A DNA stretch of 62,744 nucleotides. It comes from a virus (Duplodnaviria > Caudoviricetes). The stretch is taken from IMG/VR virus record IMGVR_UViG_3300030390_001226, positions 1 to 62,744 of that record; one strand, given 5' to 3'. Below are positions 39,738 to 48,647 of this stretch, piece by piece (the first letter of the stretch is position 1; each line of letters begins with the position of its first letter). Under the pieces are notes generated by a model. It was not told where the DNA came from. It made no database searches and saw only the letters and a list, made by a program, of their open reading frames with translations. A program made the translations under genes and the position numbers.

Positions 39738-39804
39738 GCTTTGAAATTCATAGTTTTAAGCGTTTTGGTTGATTTGTGGGAGGGGTGGTTCCCTCCCTTT
39801 TTTT
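39738..39804 (+). ncRNA. Candidate antisense small RNA
   Basis: TATATTTA -7-like element at 39726-39733, core TCATAGTTTTAAGCGTTTTGGTT complementary to - strand leaders, own terminator. Confidence 0.45.
39778..39804 (+). terminator. Intrinsic terminator
   Basis: GGGAGGG/CCCTCCC stem followed by T7. Confidence 0.85.
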
Positions 39805-39813
39805 ATATAAAAT

Positions 39814-39945
39814 ATGGAGATAGGAATACAATTAATTCAGGGAATATTGTTTGGTCTTAGAACTTTTGAGGCAAACGAAGATATACCATACAACGAAGTC
39901 CAGCTATTTGCTGGACCTATATGCGTATATATTATATGGAATTAA
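39814..39945 (+). CDS. Small hypothetical protein, 43 aa (not in ORF track)
   Basis: MEIGIQLIQGILFGLRTF...YIIWN read from sequence. Confidence 0.55.
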   Translation: MEIGIQLIQGILFGLRTFEANEDIPYNEVQLFAGPICVYIIWN

Positions 39946-40178
39946 GAATCTATTCCATAAGGACATATAAAATTAAAATAATTTTCGTCTAAATCTTTTA
40001 TCTCAAGGGCTAATTCTTGCCACTTACTTTCACCTGCTTCTCTAGTCTTAAGATCCAATGGAGTTCCTGTCCCCATGTTAGACCATATAATAGAGTTTTC
40101 ATTTAATAGCTTATCTACTTTTGACTTAACAGACTTGTTAGTGTAGTAGGGACTTGTACCATCTTTTCTTTGCTTCAT
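39942..40178 (-). CDS. Hypothetical protein
   Basis: 78-aa ORF at end of - strand operon. Confidence 0.6.
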   Translation of the reverse strand: MKQRKDGTSPYYTNKSVKSKVDKLLNENSIIWSNMGTGTPLDLKTREAGESKWQELALEIKDLDENYFNFICPYGIDS

Positions 40179-40182
40179 AGCT

Positions 40183-40839
40183 TTAGTATCCAGTTAATAA
40201 TTTAAGTACGTCATCAATAGCCTTATGTCTGTGGTTATCTTCTAGAATTACCTTGTATACATGTTTGCTATCTTTTATCTTATGTACATCATCTATAGCT
40301 GAGTTAAGTGGTGAACCTAAGTCTATCTGTTGGTTATCCCCACAGAATATCATTACAGAGCTTTTACCTAACCTACCTAAAGCCATTCTTAATTGTGGCT
40401 TAGTTAAGTTTTGAAACTCATCTATAATAACTACAGCGTTATCAAATGTCCTACCTCTAAAATGAGCAAGAGAAACTAACTCAACCTCCTCATTTTCTAC
40501 CATCTTCTGAATCTTATCAGGCTTATTATAAACCTTACGCATATTCGACATGATTGGTACAAGCCAAGGCTCTAACTTTTCCTTCTCGTCTCCAGGAAGA
40601 AATCCATTATCCTCTGTAGCTATAGTAGGTCTTGTAATGATAATCTTATTGTATTGTCTCTTAAAGAACATGTCCAAAGCTATCTGAACAGCTAGAAGCG
40701 TTTTACCAGATCCAGCCTTACCGACAATAAAGTTGAAGGCGTGATTTAGTATTTGCTCCTTAGCTATCTTTTGTTCTTCAGATAGGGTTATGTTAAACTT
40801 AACATTCCCTTTAGGTGGTTGCTTTTTCTTGTTATCCAT
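40183..40839 (-). CDS. phoH: PhoH-family ATPase
   Basis: GKAGSGKT, GFLPGD, FRGRTF, IIDEFQN, GDNQQID, NHRH; start set at MDNKK. Confidence 0.93.
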   Translation of the reverse strand: MDNKKKQPPKGNVKFNITLSEEQKIAKEQILNHAFNFIVGKAGSGKTLLAVQIALDMFFKRQYNKIIITRPTIATEDNGFLPGDEKEKLEPWLVPIMSNMRKVYNKPDKIQKMVENEEVELVSLAHFRGRTFDNAVVIIDEFQNLTKPQLRMALGRLGKSSVMIFCGDNQQIDLGSPLNSAIDDVHKIKDSKHVYKVILEDNHRHKAIDDVLKLLTGY

Positions 40840-40840
40840 A

Positions 40841-40999
40841 CTACGAACCACAAGCTTCACAATCCTCGTCATCTATGTTGCAAGCCTCAGGCTGATCTTT
40901 TTCTTCTAGATCTACTATCCAAGAATCTAAAGTATCTTGTCTTGATTCGTCTGCTCTTCTTGCTGAGTCTTTAATGAAATCGTCATCGAATTTGTTCAT
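40841..40999 (-). CDS. 52-aa acidic peptide ending in RNR-like CxxC tail (not in ORF track)
   Basis: MNKFDDDF...PEACNIDDEDCEACGS*, tightly coupled to both neighbours. Confidence 0.75.
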   Translation of the reverse strand: MNKFDDDFIKDSARRADESRQDTLDSWIVDLEEKDQPEACNIDDEDCEACGS

Positions 41000-41466
41000 G
41001 TTTTTTGTTTTTTAAAGGTTCCCCTGCTTAGTATGGATTCTATTGTTGCGTTAACTTCTTTTTGATTCGATGGGATGTATACGTCTAATTTTTGATCACT
41101 ATCATGTAGATACTTCAAAAACAATTTGAATCTCATACTAAACACTGGGGTTCTTAAACCTTTGGTTTCTATTATGAATCCAGCATCTAAGTTTATAAAG
41201 TCAGGTGTATAAGATATGTTCCTTACGTTACCAGTCATTTCCTTAAATACCTTTTTTCCTTTAGTAGTTCCCTTATCCATAAGGAGACCCTCGAACTTGA
41301 ATTTTTCTACAAGCTCGAAGGTCTTGCCCTCATACTCATGGGGGATTTCAGCTTTATTTAAGGCTCTATAGCAATACAACTCTAAGCCTGAGGCGAATGT
41401 AATTCCATCCTCAGTATGTTTCTTAGCGTTAGTTATCTGCTTACCTTTTCTTCTTTTGTATCGCAT
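40996..41466 (-). CDS. Endonuclease I-like / Holliday junction resolvase (PD-(D/E)xK)
   Basis: FASGLE...YE...YTPDF...IIETKG. Confidence 0.8.
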   Translation of the reverse strand: MRYKRRKGKQITNAKKHTEDGITFASGLELYCYRALNKAEIPHEYEGKTFELVEKFKFEGLLMDKGTTKGKKVFKEMTGNVRNISYTPDFINLDAGFIIETKGLRTPVFSMRFKLFLKYLHDSDQKLDVYIPSNQKEVNATIESILSRGTFKKQKT

Positions 41467-41486
41467 GATGGGAATTTACGAAATAA

Positions 41487-41759
41487 TTATTTCCTCCCTC
41501 TATTTCTAGCACGATTATTTTTCTGTGACTCTAAGACTGTACCTCCATCTTTAGTGTGAGATACATCTTTACCATCACCCTTCTTACCTTTCTTTCTATT
41601 GATAGCGTTAAGTCCTGCCCTGTATAGTTTCCTAGATAGACTAGCTCCATACTTAGCGTTGTACTTATCTTTTTTATCCTTAGCCTTAGGGTTGTTCTGG
41701 TAGTACTTAGCACTTTTGCTATCCCCTACCTTAGTTCCTGCTAACTTATTTCTAGCCAT
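41487..41759 (-). CDS. Basic protein with degenerate HNH-like motif
   Basis: GDGKDVSH...NRARN. Confidence 0.55.
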   Translation of the reverse strand: MARNKLAGTKVGDSKSAKYYQNNPKAKDKKDKYNAKYGASLSRKLYRAGLNAINRKKGKKGDGKDVSHTKDGGTVLESQKNNRARNRGRK

Positions 41760-41798
41760 GTTGCAATTATTTTATAAGTTGCAAGATACAAATTATTA

Positions 41799-42242
41799 TT
41801 AGAACTTAATTATAGTTAGTAGGTCTAGGTCTATGTAAAACAGAAGCTCTCTATCCCATATAGATCCTGGTCGGGGGTTCTTCATTCCTCCCCACTCAAC
41901 TGTAGCCTTAGTTATCTCGTGCATCCATATATAACCAATACCATCATTAAACCTCCAAGCTATACATAAAGGTAGATCTTTTTGTAAGGATTCTTTTTGG
42001 CAATGCTGTATCTTTCTAACAGAAGTTCTGACTCTTTTTATATCAGACATATTTAAGGACATAGTTTTTATCTCGCAAAGAGATACAATATCCATAGTTT
42101 TGTTGTTGATTATCTCAGCGTCTACTGGAGCATACCTACCTAACTGATTAAAGGTTAGGTCCTTACCTTCAAGGAGTATACGAAGAGTTTCCTCTTCCCT
42201 AACTCTATCAGATTCTTTCTCAAACTTAGGTTCTTTCTTCAT
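41799..42242 (-). CDS. PD-(D/E)xK nuclease-like protein
   Basis: PVD...LCEIK motif. Confidence 0.5.
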   Translation of the reverse strand: MKKEPKFEKESDRVREEETLRILLEGKDLTFNQLGRYAPVDAEIINNKTMDIVSLCEIKTMSLNMSDIKRVRTSVRKIQHCQKESLQKDLPLCIAWRFNDGIGYIWMHEITKATVEWGGMKNPRPGSIWDRELLFYIDLDLLTIIKF

Positions 42243-42537
42243 TTGATTTTTCTTTTACGTTATTATCAAACCCCCACTCAATGTTAGCATCCATGTCCTC
42301 CTTCATTATCTGAAGAAGTATTAGGTATCCAGTAAGGTCAAGTAAGTCGTTATCGCTTTGATATACTGTATTATTCTTAAGCCTGTTAAGTTTGTCGTTT
42401 ATCCTAGCTTGTATAGCGTATATAGGTTCAACATCAAACAGAACACCTCTCTCGAATACTGCATTGCCATAAGCCTCGTTTTTCTCTACTAAAAGATCTC
42501 TGATCTCATTGCATTTTTTTTTAATTTTCTCTTGCAT
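42226..42537 (-). CDS. DUF1599/Nmad1-like nucleotide-modification-associated helical protein
   Basis: KNEAYGN...RINDKLNRL...DLTGY. Confidence 0.75.
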   Translation of the reverse strand: MQEKIKKKCNEIRDLLVEKNEAYGNAVFERGVLFDVEPIYAIQARINDKLNRLKNNTVYQSDNDLLDLTGYLILLQIMKEDMDANIEWGFDNNVKEKSNEERT

Positions 42538-42733
42538 CTCTTTTCTTTAATTGTTTATATTCTTCTTTCTTTTTGCAAGCACAACTTCGCTTACAGATAT
42601 TCTGTACTTCATCCTCAGGAATCTCTGTAAAACCTTTAAGGTTATACCTTTCTTGATTGATATTCGGAGCATTCTTGAAATTATCCCAACCATCTTTAAT
42701 TAGTTTTATGATTAATGAAATATGTTGTATCAT
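42521..42733 (-). CDS. Hypothetical protein
   Basis: Overlap-coupled ORF. Confidence 0.5.
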   Translation of the reverse strand: MIQHISLIIKLIKDGWDNFKNAPNINQERYNLKGFTEIPEDEVQNICKRSCACKKKEEYKQLKKRDAREN

Positions 42734-42927
42734 CTTTTACCTCTTACTCTACCTCCTGGGCGTTTAATGATACCACCTAAGCCACCACCTTCTTCTTTAA
42801 TCGATTCCATAAACTCATCACAACATACAGCTTCTGGACAAACTACTTCACCATTCACTATCTTCATCGTGTGTTTCTGTATCTCTTTTATAGTGGAGTT
42901 ACACTTGTTGCATTTAAACTTTGCCAT
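42730..42927 (-). CDS. Small zinc-ribbon protein
   Basis: CNKC...C-x3-CC. Confidence 0.6.
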   Translation of the reverse strand: MAKFKCNKCNSTIKEIQKHTMKIVNGEVVCPEAVCCDEFMESIKEEGGGLGGIIKRPGGRVRGKR

Positions 42928-43013
42928 AATTTTTTATTTATCTCGATTAATAAATGGTTCTACTACTAAAATAATGCACAATATAGTTACGATTAAAATT
43001 ATTACGTTCTGTA

Positions 43014-43262
43014 TCATAGTGTTTCTTTTTCTTTGTTAATTTCTGCATCGATTATTACATCCCCCCAAGCGTATGCCTCTGAAGGAGTTTTAAATTGCTT
43101 AGAGTATTGCGTACTCCAGTTTCCTGTCTTAACACCTCTCTTATATAGTCCACAGATCCAACCGCTATCTTTTTCTGCCAATGGGCTTACTTGAATCCAC
43201 CAACCTATCTCTAGGTAAAAATTAATGTTCTCCATTACTCTTGTTTTAGTTATTGCCTCCAT
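43014..43262 (-). CDS. Hypothetical protein
   Basis: 82-aa ORF. Confidence 0.6.
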   Translation of the reverse strand: MEAITKTRVMENINFYLEIGWWIQVSPLAEKDSGWICGLYKRGVKTGNWSTQYSKQFKTPSEAYAWGDVIIDAEINKEKETL

Positions 43263-43603
43263 TCGTTCTTAGGTAATCTCTTAAACTTTGTAGTTATTCC
43301 AAAGTAAGTTACATCGCATTGAGCAACCTCTTGCCAGAACTTAGATTTAGTCATGTCCCACCATTGATTATGTAATCTGTCTTTAGATGGTATAGAAAAT
43401 AGTTTCTTTTCAGCTTCTTTAATTTCTTTCCAATCTGCTTCTGCTAGTAAGCGTTTCTTTTCTTTTGCTCCGTACCTATCTCTCTCATAAGTATACACCT
43501 TTGTTCTGTCTTCAGATGTAAACCCAAAGTGCAACTCAAACATAGTCTTACCATCTTTTAAGGTTTTAAATACGGTTTCCTTAGGATCTAGTGGGTGTGT
43601 CAT
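43250..43603 (-). CDS. Hypothetical protein
   Basis: 117-aa ORF. Confidence 0.6.
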   Translation of the reverse strand: MTHPLDPKETVFKTLKDGKTMFELHFGFTSEDRTKVYTYERDRYGAKEKKRLLAEADWKEIKEAEKKLFSIPSKDRLHNQWWDMTKSKFWQEVAQCDVTYFGITTKFKRLPKNEWRQ

Positions 43604-43625
43604 AAGTATATGCTTTACTTTAAGT

Positions 43626-43805
43626 TAGGTAATCCAGTAAGGTGCAGATCCCCTACACCTTACCTTCAAAACAAATTGAGAACCTGACCTCTCATCGCCT
43701 AAGTATTAGCATTACCTAGGACTTTTTATGCAGCACTCAAGTAGCTTACTCACTTAAAAAGAATTGCAACCGACTTGTTACATTTTAATAGGTAGATCGT
43801 ACCTA
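43626..43805 (-). ncRNA. Candidate structured RNA (multi-way junction plus hairpins)
   Basis: Nested stems 43626-33/43711-18, 43637-47/43653-63, 43677-81/43690-94, 43699-702/43706-09; G-U pairs favour - strand. Confidence 0.5.
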
Positions 43806-43809
43806 ATCT

Positions 43810-44076
43810 TTAAACTTGTTTATCAACGTTTTCACGAATCATATACACCATATCAGTAATAGAATCATTAAGATCCTCTATTACTTTTTGATTATCTTTT
43901 AACCACGTAGAGTCGATTTGTTTCTCGTAGTTGCTTACGTAGTTTTGTAGTAGGTTGAATTTCTTTTTTACTAAACCACTATGCAACCCTTTCATGTTGT
44001 GAAGTTGTTCGCTAAATGACTTGTAAGTACCTAGTAATAATAATAGGTCTATCTGTTGTTCTTTATTTAAATCCAT
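43810..44076 (-). CDS. Hypothetical protein
   Basis: 88-aa helical ORF. Confidence 0.6.
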   Translation of the reverse strand: MDLNKEQQIDLLLLLGTYKSFSEQLHNMKGLHSGLVKKKFNLLQNYVSNYEKQIDSTWLKDNQKVIEDLNDSITDMVYMIRENVDKQV

Positions 44077-44079
44077 ATC

Positions 44080-44343
44080 TTAGTAAACATCGTGTGACAT
44101 ACATAAAAACTTATGAACCACAACATCTGTTATTTTAATTTCTATACCTAGTTTAGCGTTATGAATATAACTTAAGGAATTGCAAAACCTTTCGTTTTTT
44201 TCTAACTTTAATGGTTCTATTTCTGTAACGCAGGTTGTGTGTTTGTCTTCGTTCCACTTCTTAGAAACCACCTCAATTCCTTTCTGCATTCTAAATGATC
44301 TCCACTTATAATGTACTGTGACATAGTGTATCTTTTTCCTCAT
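44080..44343 (-). CDS. Hypothetical protein
   Basis: 87-aa ORF. Confidence 0.55.
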   Translation of the reverse strand: MRKKIHYVTVHYKWRSFRMQKGIEVVSKKWNEDKHTTCVTEIEPLKLEKNERFCNSLSYIHNAKLGIEIKITDVVVHKFLCMSHDVY

Positions 44344-44851
44344 TGCTTAACTTTTCTTTAAGATTATGTACCTCATTCTTTAAACTTGAATTGATAACCT
44401 TTAGTGATGAAATGTCTCTCATTAATTTTTCCACCAACAACTCTCTCTCTTCTGTTAAAGAATTGTAATCAAATTTAACTTCGTTATAACTTCTTTTATA
44501 GTTATCAACCATCATGTTTAATTTTCTAATCAACTTTAAGTAGTTCTTATCATGAGATAAACAACCATCGTTAAGCTTCTGATAGTGAATTATAGTAGAG
44601 TAATGCTTACCTATAATCTTACCTATTAATACAACGGGAAAATTAAAATGCTTCCTAATGATATTTGATATAGCTGCGTTAGCTTCTACTAAATCTCTCT
44701 TTCTACTTCCTATGATTGAATGTAGTATATCTTTTTCTTTGTAAGTAAATTCAAACAAAGCTTTTATTATCTGCAGATCATCATCTTTAATATTTAATGA
44801 GTCAAGATGTTTAGTTGCTTTATTTAGTGCTAATTTTGTACCTTCTTTCAT
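44306..44851 (-). CDS. DnaA domain IV-like HTH protein with C-terminal coiled coil
   Basis: SRKRDLVEA...IGKIIGKHYSTIIH signature. Confidence 0.7.
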   Translation of the reverse strand: MKEGTKLALNKATKHLDSLNIKDDDLQIIKALFEFTYKEKDILHSIIGSRKRDLVEANAAISNIIRKHFNFPVVLIGKIIGKHYSTIIHYQKLNDGCLSHDKNYLKLIRKLNMMVDNYKRSYNEVKFDYNSLTEERELLVEKLMRDISSLKVINSSLKNEVHNLKEKLSNEEKDTLCHSTL

Positions 44852-44946
44852 GTCTTTTATTTTAAAATTTCGTAAATGATTTGTCTTGCAAATAAAAATA
44901 AAAAGTATAAACCACTAAGGGTTAATAATATTTCTGAAATCATACC

Positions 44947-46281
44947 TTAGAATGCTTGTGATGTTTCTACTCCTTGAACTGCTGAATAGTCGTTACCATA
45001 ATCTGCAGGGTCACTAAACCTAGTGTACTCCTTCTCAAATTTAAGGGGTAACACTCCAGTACCTATATTTCTACCTTTGGCAAAGATTAGGTCTACTAAA
45101 CCCTCTGTATTGTTTCCGTTATCATCCTGCATAATACCATAGTATTCTGGTCTATACACAAGCATAACAATATCTGATGCCTGCTCTATCTCTCCACTCT
45201 CTCTAAGATCAGATAGCATAGGTCTATTACCTCCACCCCTCTTCTCTACACTTCTACTAAGCTGAGATAATGCTACGATTGTTATGTTTAATTCCTTAGC
45301 TATATTCTTAAGTTCACGAGCAACCATAGCTACCTCCTGCTCTCTTGAGTGACCACTACCCTTTACTAATTGAAGGTAATCAACTAAGACAAACTTAACA
45401 CTCTTAGTTATAACGTACTGACGTATCTTATTCAGCAGGTATCTAAGTGAGGAATCCTTACACTCATCAACGTATAGTTCAGTTCTTTCTAGCTTACCTA
45501 TAGCAGTATCTACCCTAGCCAACTCATCGTTCTGTAGCGTACCCTTCATTATGTATCTGTTATTAACAGAACTTTCTAATGATACTAACCTCTGTAATAG
45601 TTGTGTCTCCCCCATCTCGTAAGAGAATACTGCTGATGGTATACCTGCCTTAGAGCAGTTGTAACAAAAGGCTAAACCTAAAGATGTCTTACCCATAGAG
45701 GATGCACCACCTATTACTATAAAGTCAGTCTCTTGCCAACCTCCAGTAAATTTATCTATTGATTGAAACCCAGTAGGCACACCAACCATTTCATCTGAGG
45801 ACATTCTTCTTTGTATGTCATCGTGTAGTACCTTTAGTTGTTTCTTTATGTCGGGAATATCGCTACCCCTAACCTCTGATATAGGCTTAAGTTCTGTCTC
45901 TACATAGTCTAGTACCTCAAACAAGTCATCATTCCTATTCAGCTTATTATTAGTTACCTCTATTAACTTTTTTAATCTGATCTTCTTCTCTTCTTGAGAT
46001 AAGAAAAGAATCATATGTTCTGTGTTGTAATGGCTAAAATCTAAAGAGTAACACTCAGCTAACCTATAAGGTGCTAGAGAGTCTTTAACTAGCTTAGTAA
46101 GTATAATTAAGTCTACCTTTTCCCCTAAGTCTAACCTATTTGATACTACCTTGTAAATCTTTCTATTAAGAGGGTCAGTAAACATTCCCTCAGACATAAG
46201 GCTGTGATTATTATAATACTCTTTTGGTATAGACATTATACGACCAAGCAACCTCATTTCCATGTCTTTATTATCTGTCAT
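44947..46281 (-). CDS. dnaB: Replicative DNA helicase
   Basis: GVPTGF, GASSMGKT, FSYEM, LVDYLQL, LSQLSR, DLRESGEIEQ, KGRN. Confidence 0.95.
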   Translation of the reverse strand: MTDNKDMEMRLLGRIMSIPKEYYNNHSLMSEGMFTDPLNRKIYKVVSNRLDLGEKVDLIILTKLVKDSLAPYRLAECYSLDFSHYNTEHMILFLSQEEKKIRLKKLIEVTNNKLNRNDDLFEVLDYVETELKPISEVRGSDIPDIKKQLKVLHDDIQRRMSSDEMVGVPTGFQSIDKFTGGWQETDFIVIGGASSMGKTSLGLAFCYNCSKAGIPSAVFSYEMGETQLLQRLVSLESSVNNRYIMKGTLQNDELARVDTAIGKLERTELYVDECKDSSLRYLLNKIRQYVITKSVKFVLVDYLQLVKGSGHSREQEVAMVARELKNIAKELNITIVALSQLSRSVEKRGGGNRPMLSDLRESGEIEQASDIVMLVYRPEYYGIMQDDNGNNTEGLVDLIFAKGRNIGTGVLPLKFEKEYTRFSDPADYGNDYSAVQGVETSQAF

Positions 46282-46774
46282 CAGTAACGTATTTTGGTTG
46301 TGTGTATCGGTTTAACTCTTTCTTATCATCACTAGATAATAATACTTCACTCTCCCATCCCTTTGAGTTTATCCAAGTTCTAGGGTTCTTTCTGTACTTC
46401 TTATCTGGAGTAGACTCTATGTAAGACTTAACACCCTTAATAGCTTTACCCATCTCCTCCAATGTAAGCCTCATAAAGGATATTCTAGCGTTCTTCTCGT
46501 CTATCCTCTTGTCGTACATAGACCAGAACATATCGAATCCCTTAGACCTTCTCTGATCTTCTTCCTTAGGACTTGTTTCGTTTAAGAACCTAGCGTCTGT
46601 TACCTTAAGATAGTGATTTATATTATTGAATGTAGTTTGTGACTCAAACTCATTATTGTATAGAGACTTATACACTTTTTCTTTAGAGTGGAATACTATA
46701 TACCTACCATCCATCTCTATAAAGTCAACGTTATCCGTATTGATTATGTCGTTATCTGATACTCTTAATCTCAT
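46271..46774 (-). CDS. Phage replication initiator/helicase-loader-like protein
   Basis: FDMFWSMY...KNPRTWIN..GWE motif, upstream of dnaB. Confidence 0.6.
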   Translation of the reverse strand: MRLRVSDNDIINTDNVDFIEMDGRYIVFHSKEKVYKSLYNNEFESQTTFNNINHYLKVTDARFLNETSPKEEDQRRSKGFDMFWSMYDKRIDEKNARISFMRLTLEEMGKAIKGVKSYIESTPDKKYRKNPRTWINSKGWESEVLLSSDDKKELNRYTQPKYVTDDR

Positions 46775-46793
46775 AGCTTTGGTTTGGTTTGGT

Positions 46794-46824
46794 AAAAAAA
46801 ATAGGGGAGGTGGTTTGCCTCCCC
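46794..46824 (-). terminator. Intrinsic terminator inside the replication operon
   Basis: GGGGAGG/CCTCCCC stem with A8 on + strand (U tract on -). Confidence 0.7.
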
Positions 46825-46838
46825 ATATAATCTATATA

Positions 46839-47111
46839 CTAGAACGGTAAATCATCGCTCTTTGCTGGTGCAGTAGAACCCTTTGGTTCTGGCTTAAAGG
46901 TATCAACCTCTACGTAGTGAGTCTTTCCGTACTCATCCTCTTCACGCTTCTTTACAACCTTTAACTTGATGTATTTATCTCCGTTGTAGTCGAACATAAA
47001 GTCACTAGCTTCTTTACCTAACTTGGTAAGGTTTAATGAAAAGTTAACCATTCCACCATCGAACTTCTCAGTTCCGTTTCCAATGTAAATTTTTTCTGTC
47101 TTGTTACTCAT
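46839..47111 (-). CDS. Putative single-stranded DNA-binding protein
   Basis: DEYGKTHYV motif, acidic DDLPF C-terminus, next to recombination genes. Confidence 0.6.
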   Translation of the reverse strand: MSNKTEKIYIGNGTEKFDGGMVNFSLNLTKLGKEASDFMFDYNGDKYIKLKVVKKREEDEYGKTHYVEVDTFKPEPKGSTAPAKSDDLPF

Positions 47112-47116
47112 AGCTT

Positions 47117-47314
47117 TTAGCTTTTAATAAAATAATTAATAAGTGCCTCTCTTTCTGTTATATCTAAATACTTTACGATCTTTTTGAAGTGTTTTATTTT
47201 AAACTCTTCGGGAGTGTCTAAGTATTTAAATAGGGTAGGTCGGCTTAACCCCATTCTTTCTGATAGAAACTGAACAGTTATCCCTTTTCTAAACAATTCA
47301 TCTCTTAATGTCAT
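47117..47314 (-). CDS. Cro/XRE-like HTH protein
   Basis: LSERMGLSRPTLFKY. Confidence 0.7.
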   Translation of the reverse strand: MTLRDELFRKGITVQFLSERMGLSRPTLFKYLDTPEEFKIKHFKKIVKYLDITEREALINYFIKS

Positions 47315-48078
47315 AGCGTGTCTGTTATTAAATGCTCCTCTACAACAGCCTCATTATCTATAAAGAATCTTCTATAGGTATCGAGTAGGTACTTATACTC
47401 ATCTCTACCCCTATCCATAAACTCTTTACCTGCATAAAATATAGACACGTTGTAGGGCATTGTTTTCTCTTGTGTTATGAAGATGAACTCGTCACATCCA
47501 AAACCATCTGAGTAAAATGCTGCCTGCCTATCGTAGCCATACTTTCTACATGAGCCTGAGAAACCATATAGACTCCCATCTCCAGTAGTCTTGAGGTCTA
47601 TAAGCGTTTTACCATTACGGTAATCTGCTTTACCCTTGCAGAACACACCAGTATCATCGTCTTGCCAAGCGTTAGCTATCTCTCTTTCGCCCTCTGCTAC
47701 CAGCAAATCCTTAACCTCTTTATGTGAGAACAACACATCCTGCATACGCATTATCTGGTCGTACTCTTTGGTTAATATGATAGTGGGTGCTTTAGAGTTC
47801 TCTGACTTAAACTCTTTGTATCCTTTAGTAGTCCTTGTAGCTGAGTCGAATACCTTAACCTTATCGTTAAACTCATTAGGTTCTAGCATTGCTACATGGT
47901 AAGCCCTCCCAAAGATCATTGGAAAGGTCTCCGTTCTTAAATGAGGGTTATCCCTCATAAGTTTGTAGGTACGTACATCCTTCTTTATCAACCCCAACTG
48001 CGAGTTCGTAACAAACTCGTAGTCGGAGTAATAGAAAGAGTCATCCTCTATCTTCTTTATAAAACTATCTAAACTCAC
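47311..48078 (-). CDS. RecE/exonuclease VIII-like PD-(D/E)xK exonuclease
   Basis: TNSQL, FGRAYH, KGKAD...IDLKT, YDRQAAFY. Confidence 0.85.
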   Translation of the reverse strand: MSLDSFIKKIEDDSFYYSDYEFVTNSQLGLIKKDVRTYKLMRDNPHLRTETFPMIFGRAYHVAMLEPNEFNDKVKVFDSATRTTKGYKEFKSENSKAPTIILTKEYDQIMRMQDVLFSHKEVKDLLVAEGEREIANAWQDDDTGVFCKGKADYRNGKTLIDLKTTGDGSLYGFSGSCRKYGYDRQAAFYSDGFGCDEFIFITQEKTMPYNVSIFYAGKEFMDRGRDEYKYLLDTYRRFFIDNEAVVEEHLITDTL

Positions 48079-48647
48079 TAAGCTAGTGTGTTAGCAACTT
48101 TTATAAATTTCCCTAGATTTTCTTCTTGAGATTTAGTAAGAGAATAACCACTCATTTTCTGCTGAACAACTGCACCTTTACCATCTTCTATAGCCTTAAC
48201 CATAGCTTTGTATTGGTCTGATGATAGCTTAGGTTTAGCACCTGCAACCTTCTTAACTATGGGTGCGTTACCTTTAACTGCTCCATTACCATCGTCATCT
48301 CCAGTAACTACACCAACAAATGATGCTAAAGCGTATCTTCTGGCGTAGGATATAGCTGAACCAACACCATGAGCATCTTCCTTAGATGGAATATACATGG
48401 TAGAGGATAGGTACTCGCCACTTGAATGTGATAGTATTGTTGTTAGCCCACCGACATCTGTAGGCATTTGAATAATTGATAGCTCATTTTCGGACAATAA
48501 TGCACGAACAGAATCCCATACTGAACCTAAGTCAGCATAGTTTGATTTGAAAAAAGGATTCTTTGAGTTTTCTTTAGCAGGTCGTAATTGAGCCTGTACT
48601 TTTGATAGGGCAAGGGTTAGATTCCCAATGCTTTCTGACTTTTCCAT
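48078..48647 (-). CDS. ERF-family ssDNA annealing protein
   Basis: NPFFKSNYADL, HSSGE, GSAISYARRYAL, DDDG. Confidence 0.92.
   Translation of the reverse strand: MEKSESIGNLTLALSKVQAQLRPAKENSKNPFFKSNYADLGSVWDSVRALLSENELSIIQMPTDVGGLTTILSHSSGEYLSSTMYIPSKEDAHGVGSAISYARRYALASFVGVVTGDDDGNGAVKGNAPIVKKVAGAKPKLSSDQYKAMVKAIEDGKGAVVQQKMSGYSLTKSQEENLGKFIKVANTLA

Noticed and set aside
43677-43700. Hammerhead ribozyme
   Set aside because: GCGAUGAG resembles CUGAUGA, but the core is mismatched and no GAAA follows the stem
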